A DNA stretch of 20,117 nt from an uncultured archaeon. GTDB taxonomy: Archaea > Iainarchaeota > Iainarchaeia > Iainarchaeales > DTGL01. The stretch is taken from assembly GCA_964551725.1 (NCBI GenBank), contig CAZKED010000023.1, positions 1-20,117 on the forward strand, in the 5' to 3' direction. Position numbers and translations under genes: made by a program. Positions 15,277 through 20,117 of this stretch are shown in pieces (the stretch's first letter is position 1; every line of letters starts with the position of its first letter). The notes beneath the pieces are model-generated. The model was not told the origin of the DNA and searched no databases. It worked only from the letters and a program-made list of their open reading frames with translations.

Positions 15277-15939
15277 ATGGGCAGCTTGAGAGGAAGGCAG
15301 AGAAGGCTTGAGCACTTTGGAAAAAGAGCGGAAGCTTTTGCGCGGGACATTTACAGATGGAAAAATGTGACAGAGAGGGAAATAGACGGCGAAAAGGTGA
15401 GAGTTTTCATTGGAGGGAACGGAAAGCCCCTTTTCATGGAAAGGGTGAGACACGATGTCTGCATCAGGATTGGCCTCGGAAAGCACAGAAGGCTTGTTTT
15501 CAAGCAATCCGCACACGAACTTAAAAGAAATCTTCCCGGGATAAGGAAACTGGAATCAGCCTTTAAGTGGAGGGAAAAGAATCCCAAAAAGCGCGCCAAG
15601 CATTTTTTTCTTGAGTCATTGGCTGCATCCGCAAAGCACGGAGTGCAGGAATACGTTGACAGGCCCACGCTTTCCGAGTTGCTGAACTATTTGCAGATGA
15701 AGAAAACAGGAATAAAAAAACCCATAACCAAGGGAGAAGCCCTGAGATGCAAGCGATTGCTCGGTCAGTTCCCAGGAATAACACTAGAAGAGCTCCGCGA
15801 ACTTGAAAGGGAATTCGACTTGTTCTGCAAGGAGGAACTCCCGCACCAGAGCGTTGCCTTCAAGAACGTTGCTATTTTGGGGCAAAGGACTGGCAGGACA
15901 GGGGACGGAAGAATAAGAATTGCGCTTGTTGACCTGTAA
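15277..15939 (+). CDS. hypothetical protein with degenerate protein-kinase-like motifs
   Basis: ATG at 15277 with TTTAAAT about 23-29 nt upstream. Ordered motifs LVFK, VQEYVD, HQSVAFKNV and IALVD. It ends 2 nt from the tRNA-Glu CCA. Confidence 0.65.
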   Translation: MGSLRGRQRRLEHFGKRAEAFARDIYRWKNVTEREIDGEKVRVFIGGNGKPLFMERVRHDVCIRIGLGKHRRLVFKQSAHELKRNLPGIRKLESAFKWREKNPKKRAKHFFLESLAASAKHGVQEYVDRPTLSELLNYLQMKKTGIKKPITKGEALRCKRLLGQFPGITLEELRELEREFDLFCKEELPHQSVAFKNVAILGQRTGRTGDGRIRIALVDL

Positions 15940-15941
15940 AA

Positions 15942-16059
15942 TGGTGCCCCGGCCGGGATTTGAACCCGGGTCAGAGCCTTGAGAGGGCCCGATGCTTTCG
16001 GCAACAGATTGCAATGGAAACAATCGCAAACCATTTTAACCGGACTACACCACCGGGGC
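15942..16059 (-). tRNA. tRNA-Glu(CTC) with 40-nt D-loop intron at 20b/21 (intron 15997-16036), CCA encoded
   Basis: Spliced form GCCCCGG TG GTGT AGTCCGGTTA^A GCAT C GGGCC CTCTCAA GGCTC TGAC CCGGG TTCAAAT CCCGG CCGGGGC A CCA. Central helix CGGT/GCCG, bulges TA^A and AA^A; the intron is a long hairpin. Confidence 0.93.
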
Positions 16060-16084
16060 ATTGTGAATTGCGTTATACAATTAA

Positions 16085-16091
16085 TTTTAAA
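16085..16091. promoter_or_regulatory. TATA box positioned to serve both tRNA-Glu (-) and the C/D sRNA (+)
   Basis: TTTTAAA reads TTTAAAA on the other strand. It is 26-32 nt from the tRNA-Glu 5' end and 26-32 nt from the sRNA terminal stem. Confidence 0.55.
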
Positions 16092-16116
16092 GCCGATTCA
16101 ATAAAAATACTAATGG

Positions 16117-16198
16117 TTCAACCGATGAAGAGCAGGCTGGGCTCCGACGCCTGCCCCAAGGCAGGCACATGGGGACGATAATGAGTTCCGAGGTTGAA
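16117..16198 (+). ncRNA. box C/D methylation-guide sRNA targeting elongator tRNA-Met (Cm34)
   Basis: Terminal stem TTCAACC/GGTTGAA; box C CCGATGA 16122-16128; D' CCGA 16144-16147; hairpin GCCTGCC-CCAA-GGCAGGC; C' ATGGGGA 16169-16175; D CCGA 16188-16191. Both guides are complementary to the tRNA-Met at 16917-16991. Upstream TATA and downstream T-run at 16201-16205. Confidence 0.85.
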
Positions 16199-16278
16199 GC
16201 TTTTTCTCATTCCTGTTTTACCCATTCTTTTTCCCTTAAAGTGAAAGTTGTTAAATCCTTTCGCTGGGTAATACCTTT

Positions 16279-16872
16279 ATGCGTGCGGGCAGTCCGGTCA
16301 GTGGGAAACAGAGGAAGCCTAGTTTTAGGGAAAGAAGGGCCAAATGGTGGAGAAAAATAGGCGAGCGCATTGAGACTCGAGGATGGCGGCTCCATTTTGC
16401 TTCAAAGATGCCCTCTTGGCTTGTCAGAAGGCTTTCAAAAAGACCCAAGGTGGAATCAAACAATGGGTGGACCTATAAAGGCCGTAAAGGAACTCCGACA
16501 AGATATGGCATATGCCACCACTTCACTAGAATGGAAGCAATCCCGGAAGGATATGCTGAAGCAGGCCAGAAGAAGGAAATTCTTTTGCACGTTTATATTA
16601 AGCCCACTTCATTGGAAAGAAAAGCCCGCCCTGATGTAATAGTTGTTGTTTCAAATCCTTTTTTCCTTCGTCATTTAACTACCCCGCTTGGGGAGAATCT
16701 CACAAATACAGTATATGTTGAAACGTTTTTGCACGACCCATTTGCTTTTGCAAGAGAATTTATGAACTCTATGAATTTAGGAATAGGCGAGATGAAACAT
16801 GGAGAACCAGAGCTTTTAGTTCAAGGATTACCCAATCCAGAGCAATCAAATGGCAAGAGACAGAAAAAATAG
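16279..16872 (+). CDS. hypothetical protein (197 aa) with Arg/Trp-rich N-terminus
   Basis: Long ORF filling the gap between the sRNA and tRNA-Met. GTTAAAT TATA-like element about 25 nt upstream of the ATG; no recognised family. Confidence 0.65.
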   Translation: MRAGSPVSGKQRKPSFRERRAKWWRKIGERIETRGWRLHFASKMPSWLVRRLSKRPKVESNNGWTYKGRKGTPTRYGICHHFTRMEAIPEGYAEAGQKKEILLHVYIKPTSLERKARPDVIVVVSNPFFLRHLTTPLGENLTNTVYVETFLHDPFAFAREFMNSMNLGIGEMKHGEPELLVQGLPNPEQSNGKRQKK

Positions 16873-16916
16873 GCAAAGAGACATTTTTTCCACACTCTTT
16901 TTCTTTGTGTCAGAAA

Positions 16917-16991
16917 TGCCAGAGGGGGGACTTGGACCCCCGACCTTTCGATTATGAGTCGAACGCTCTAACCAGGCTGAGCTACTCTGGC
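16917..16991 (-). tRNA. elongator tRNA-Met(CAT), intronless
   Basis: GCCAGAG TA GCTC AGCCTGGTTA GAGC G TTCGA CTCATAA TCGAA AGGTC GGGGG TCCAAGT CCCCC CTCTGGC A. The G1-C72, C2-G71, C3-G70 acceptor stem is typical of archaeal elongator Met. Confidence 0.92.
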
Positions 16992-17055
16992 TTGCAGAAC
17001 TTCTGCTGATATCATCTGCTGGTATTAATTGCTTCAAAAAAAGTTTTTAATTGTT

Positions 17056-17748
17056 CTATTGCTGTTCCGGGGCGAGTTCCGGCCCGATCCTGCTCTTCAT
17101 TTCCACTCTTCCATTGTGCAGAATGATTCTGTCTGCGTAGTGCAGGAAAAGCCCTGATTCCAGAACGCCCGGCACCTCTTTTGCGTCGAATTCAAGGTCT
17201 TCAAGGGAATAAATTTCGTCAATGTCCACGTCGACGAGATAGTTGCCTGTTTCCGTCTGCACGAACTCGCCATTAGGCTTCTCCCTTATTGTCGCCTTTC
17301 CGAACTCGTCCAATCTCACAAGGGAATGCTTCCATCCAAAGGGGCATATTTCAAAGGGAATTGTTCCGCGCAGCGTTTTGACGTAATTCTTTTTCTCCGT
17401 GAGCACGATTAGTTCGGCTGCGCTCTGTCCCACCATTTTATCCCTGACCAAAGAAGAACTGTCCCTTTTGATGTAATTGAATTCCTGGTCAACCAAGTCA
17501 ACGAATTCAATCGCCAGGTCTATCTCGCGGTCATTGATTGAAGCAATCGGCAGCCCCAGCCTTGCAAGCATGTTCGCTATGTCGATGGAGCTCGGCACAA
17601 CGCTTATGTTCATCCCGCGCTCCGTTACAAAAACGGCTATTTTTTTGAGGAACGCTTCATCATGCTCTCCCGCTCCTATTCCGAGCACATACCCATCTTT
17701 CACAAAACGCTTCACAAACCCCTCAATAAACGCTTCCCCGAGTGTCAT
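17056..17748 (-). CDS. ribose-5-phosphate isomerase A (RpiA)-like protein with altered active-site motifs
   Basis: Fold motifs VKDGYVLGIG, IPFEICPFGW, TETGNYLVD and PGVLESGLF are present. The start is the ATG at 17748; the ORF-track extension overlaps the next gene. Confidence 0.85.
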   Translation of the reverse strand: MTLGEAFIEGFVKRFVKDGYVLGIGAGEHDEAFLKKIAVFVTERGMNISVVPSSIDIANMLARLGLPIASINDREIDLAIEFVDLVDQEFNYIKRDSSSLVRDKMVGQSAAELIVLTEKKNYVKTLRGTIPFEICPFGWKHSLVRLDEFGKATIREKPNGEFVQTETGNYLVDVDIDEIYSLEDLEFDAKEVPGVLESGLFLHYADRIILHNGRVEMKSRIGPELAPEQQ

Positions 17749-17818
17749 GTGAAATATAATTGGTTTAATGATTTTTAAGGGTATTGCTTTGCGGTAAAGA
17801 GGTCCTGTCCCAAACCGA

Positions 17819-18682
17819 TTATTTCTTAGGTTTGAGGACATACATTGGAGTAATTTTTGAATAAGGGTTGTCCTCTGATTCAAAGGTTTCCGCAATTTCA
17901 AAGAATTTTTCATAGTCCCTTTCTTCCTCGTCCCTGTAGGCATAGACGAATACCTTGTTGGCGAATTTTTTGCACCAAAAATTCCACGTCATTTCCAGTA
18001 TTTTGTTCAGGTTTTCGCTTTTAAAATTGAATCCCTTGTCTCCCCCGAGCTTTTCCACAATCTCCTTGGGTTTTGAAAACGTACCCAAGTGGTCTTTTGG
18101 GTCATAGGCCAGAATCTGCAGTTCCAGGACAAACTCCAACGAGGTTTTGTTTGTCGGTTTTTTTCCTGAAAAATGTTCCAGCAGTTCGTCTATATTTGCA
18201 AACGGTTTTTCTCGCGGAACGCAAAAACTGCGTGTCAAAAATGTGCCGCTTGGTTTGAGCAACCTTTTAACTTCCGAGAGGAGGTGTTCCCTTTCCTTCC
18301 AGGGAATGTTTGGAAGAACAGCATCCCCGAGAACTACGTCAAAATAGCCGTCCTGCAACGGGTTTTCAAGCCAGTTAGCTTTGACTATGATTTCATCGGG
18401 GTTTTTTGTTTTTAAAACGGAATTCATTGCGAGAATCATTTCAAGGTTAATGTCAATAATGGTTGTCTTATAGCCCAGTCCATTCAGAATATCCCTCAGT
18501 TCGGGTGTTGCCCCGAGAACCAGTACATTCAACGGCTTTTTTTCCGGATTAATTTGCTTGAGCCATTCTGCGTACTTTTCAATTTCCCCAGCCGAAATTC
18601 TGCTGGGGGGCGTGAAATAAACGTTCCACATGTCGGCAATTTGCTTCCAGGCAACCGAGGTGGTTTTGATATTCTCAGCCAT
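17819..18682 (-). CDS. class I SAM-dependent methyltransferase
   Basis: Motif-I-like VLVLGATPELRD, IIDIN, NWLENPLQDGYFDVVLGD and EVKRLLKPSGTF. Confidence 0.85.
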   Translation of the reverse strand: MAENIKTTSVAWKQIADMWNVYFTPPSRISAGEIEKYAEWLKQINPEKKPLNVLVLGATPELRDILNGLGYKTTIIDINLEMILAMNSVLKTKNPDEIIVKANWLENPLQDGYFDVVLGDAVLPNIPWKEREHLLSEVKRLLKPSGTFLTRSFCVPREKPFANIDELLEHFSGKKPTNKTSLEFVLELQILAYDPKDHLGTFSKPKEIVEKLGGDKGFNFKSENLNKILEMTWNFWCKKFANKVFVYAYRDEEERDYEKFFEIAETFESEDNPYSKITPMYVLKPKK

Positions 18683-18749
18683 AAACTCAGCACTCCGAAG
18701 TAACCTTCCCCAAAACAGTATTTATCTTTTTCGACACATCGGTAATGTT

Positions 18750-19622
18750 ATGTGCCTTAGGGGAGAACTGGCCAGAATAGAGACAAAAGACTTTCTTGAA
18801 TTGCAGGGACTGCTCTTCGAACCCGGAAAAAAATCCTCAAAAGCCATTATTCACGTTCATGGCTGGACGGGAAATTTCTACGAAAACAAGTTCCTTGAAT
18901 TCATAGCAAAAGAGGCTGTCCTGAAGGGTTTTGCCTTCCTTACTTTCAATACACGGGGCGCCGGCCATGTGCAGGAATTCATAAGGCAAAAAGGCAGCAA
19001 ACCAGAATGTGTAAAAATCGGGGGAAGCCTTGAAAAATTCGAGGACTGTCTCACTGACATTGAAGCGGCAATTAATTTCCTCGAAAAACGCGGCTTTGAC
19101 CGCTTTGTATTGCAGGGCCACAGCACAGGCTGCCAGAAGGCTGCCTTTTACATGCTCAAAACAAAAGACAGAAGAGCGAAAGGCCTTATCCTTTTGGAGC
19201 CAACGGACGACCCCTCCGTTTCCAGGAGGTTTTTGGGCAACAGATACCAGGAAGCGATGGAAATTGCGCGGAAAATGGTGAAAGAGGGAAAGGAAAACGC
19301 GCCTATGCCTGAATGGCTGCCTTTCGGCGTAATGCTCAGCGCGCAGAAGTTCCTCAGCATGTCTGACCCCAATTCGGCAGAGGGTGAATTGTTCAACTAT
19401 TCCGGGGAACTTAAAAAAGCAGGACAAATAGATTGCCCCGTGCTTGCGATATTTGGAGAAAATACAGAATACCAGGAAAAACCGGGAGAAAAACTGGAAT
19501 TATTGAAAGAAAAAATGCAGAACTGCGAAACAAAACTGTTTGAAAACACAAACCATTGGTTTTACGGCCGCGAGGCGCAACTGGCAAAGACAATCTGCCA
19601 GTGGGCAGAATCAATCATTTGA
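18750..19622 (+). CDS. alpha/beta hydrolase (DUF1749-like)
   Basis: IHVHGWTGNFY, FNTRG, nucleophile elbow GHSTGCQK and a C-terminal NHWF. The start is the ATG at 18750 (divergent from the methyltransferase). Confidence 0.88.
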   Translation: MCLRGELARIETKDFLELQGLLFEPGKKSSKAIIHVHGWTGNFYENKFLEFIAKEAVLKGFAFLTFNTRGAGHVQEFIRQKGSKPECVKIGGSLEKFEDCLTDIEAAINFLEKRGFDRFVLQGHSTGCQKAAFYMLKTKDRRAKGLILLEPTDDPSVSRRFLGNRYQEAMEIARKMVKEGKENAPMPEWLPFGVMLSAQKFLSMSDPNSAEGELFNYSGELKKAGQIDCPVLAIFGENTEYQEKPGEKLELLKEKMQNCETKLFENTNHWFYGREAQLAKTICQWAESII

Positions 19623-19700
19623 TAGCCTTCGCTTTGCGTTCAGAGTTTAACGGAACCGCGCTCTGCAAGGCTATTTAAGCGCGAAAAGCGGAATATTAAT

Positions 19701-20075
19701 ATGGCTGAAGAGAGGGTTGAATTCAAGGATGCGGGTGTGAGAAAAGAGTTCTTCCAGAAACTGAAGGAGATAAAAGGGGTGGATACTTGGGAGGAATTGT
19801 ACGATATTTGGGGAACCGGAAGAGCTACTTTCCAGTATTACCGAAATGGGAAATTTTTGACCCCAAGAACGCTTTTTGATTTTGTAATTGAGAGAATTTC
19901 TCCCGTTGAGAAGGCTTACTTTGAAGAAAATGTTGTTTTTAAAGAACGCTATTGGGGTGCTATATTGGGTGGAAAGACTACTTGTGTTAGGCATCCTGAA
20001 AACTTTGAAAAAGCAACAAGACGAAAATGCACGTACACTTGGGGAAGCCCTAGAAGTGTATACTCCAGGAAATGA
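19701..20075 (+). CDS. HTH-like protein, probable truncated N-terminal part of a DPANN LAGLIDADG-associated protein
   Basis: HTH-like WEELYDIWGTGRATFQYYRNGKFLTP followed by YWGAILGGK...HPENFEK, then a short unrelated-looking tail. TATTTAAG TATA at 19672-19679. Confidence 0.5.
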   Translation: MAEERVEFKDAGVRKEFFQKLKEIKGVDTWEELYDIWGTGRATFQYYRNGKFLTPRTLFDFVIERISPVEKAYFEENVVFKERYWGAILGGKTTCVRHPENFEKATRRKCTYTWGSPRSVYSRK

Positions 20076-20117
20076 AGCTATTTCGTCATTTCGTTTTAAT
20101 CCCCTTGATTTACTTCC

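Noticed and set aside
16123-16360. Short ORFs (15960-16181, 16169-16360, 16207-16395) across the tRNA-Glu/sRNA region
   Set aside because: They overlap RNA genes or the longer 16279 ORF, have no recognisable motifs, and the sRNA explains the sequence.
16917-16991. Assignment as initiator tRNA-Met or tRNA-Ile2(CAT)
   Set aside because: It lacks A1-U72 and the three G-C anticodon-stem pairs of initiators. The GCC/GGC acceptor end fits elongator Met rather than the GGG start usual for archaeal Ile tRNAs.
17749-17943. N-terminal extension of the RpiA-like ORF
   Set aside because: It overlaps the methyltransferase 3' end, and RpiA similarity begins at the ATG at 17748.
18837-19427. 196-aa antisense ORF and the many similar shadow ORFs in the track
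   Set aside because: They lie opposite or inside well-supported genes and have no protein-family features.

Overview
Archaeal chromosomal DNA. The evidence is tRNA introns with bulge-helix-bulge (BHB) motifs, a C1-G72 tRNA-Tyr, GGTGA/GGAG ribosome-binding sites, TATA boxes and many apparently leaderless genes. A DPANN lineage such as Ca. Iainarchaeota/Diapherotrites is my inference from gene content, not demonstrated. Housekeeping genes are MscS, MgtC, a ZIP transporter, an AspA/FumC-family lyase with malic enzyme, a DEAD-box helicase, PAP2, DUF2666, DUF116, a gamma-carbonic-anhydrase-like protein, a HisC-like aminotransferase, an RpiA-like protein, a methyltransferase and an alpha/beta hydrolase. 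Four tRNA genes lie on the minus strand: Tyr-GTA and Thr-TGT (introns at 37/38), Glu-CTC (D-loop intron) and elongator Met-CAT (no intron). Two signals are not explained by the ORF track. (1) An integrase-less array of 0.6-0.9 kb gene cassettes follows the tRNA-Tyr 3' end, carrying two toxin-antitoxin pairs, a 42-aa unannotated ORF and two orphans. The cassettes are separated by progressively decaying copies of a ~55-bp unit made of tRNA 3' end, trailer and TATA box. (2) A box C/D guide sRNA at 16117-16198 has two guides that both pair with the neighbouring tRNA-Met, and its D guide places the N+5 position on wobble C34. Also notable are an RpiA with eroded catalytic motifs, a pseudokinase-like orphan, non-standard tRNA 18/55 elbow pairs and several orphans with Arg-rich termini. 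All alignments and folds were done by eye.
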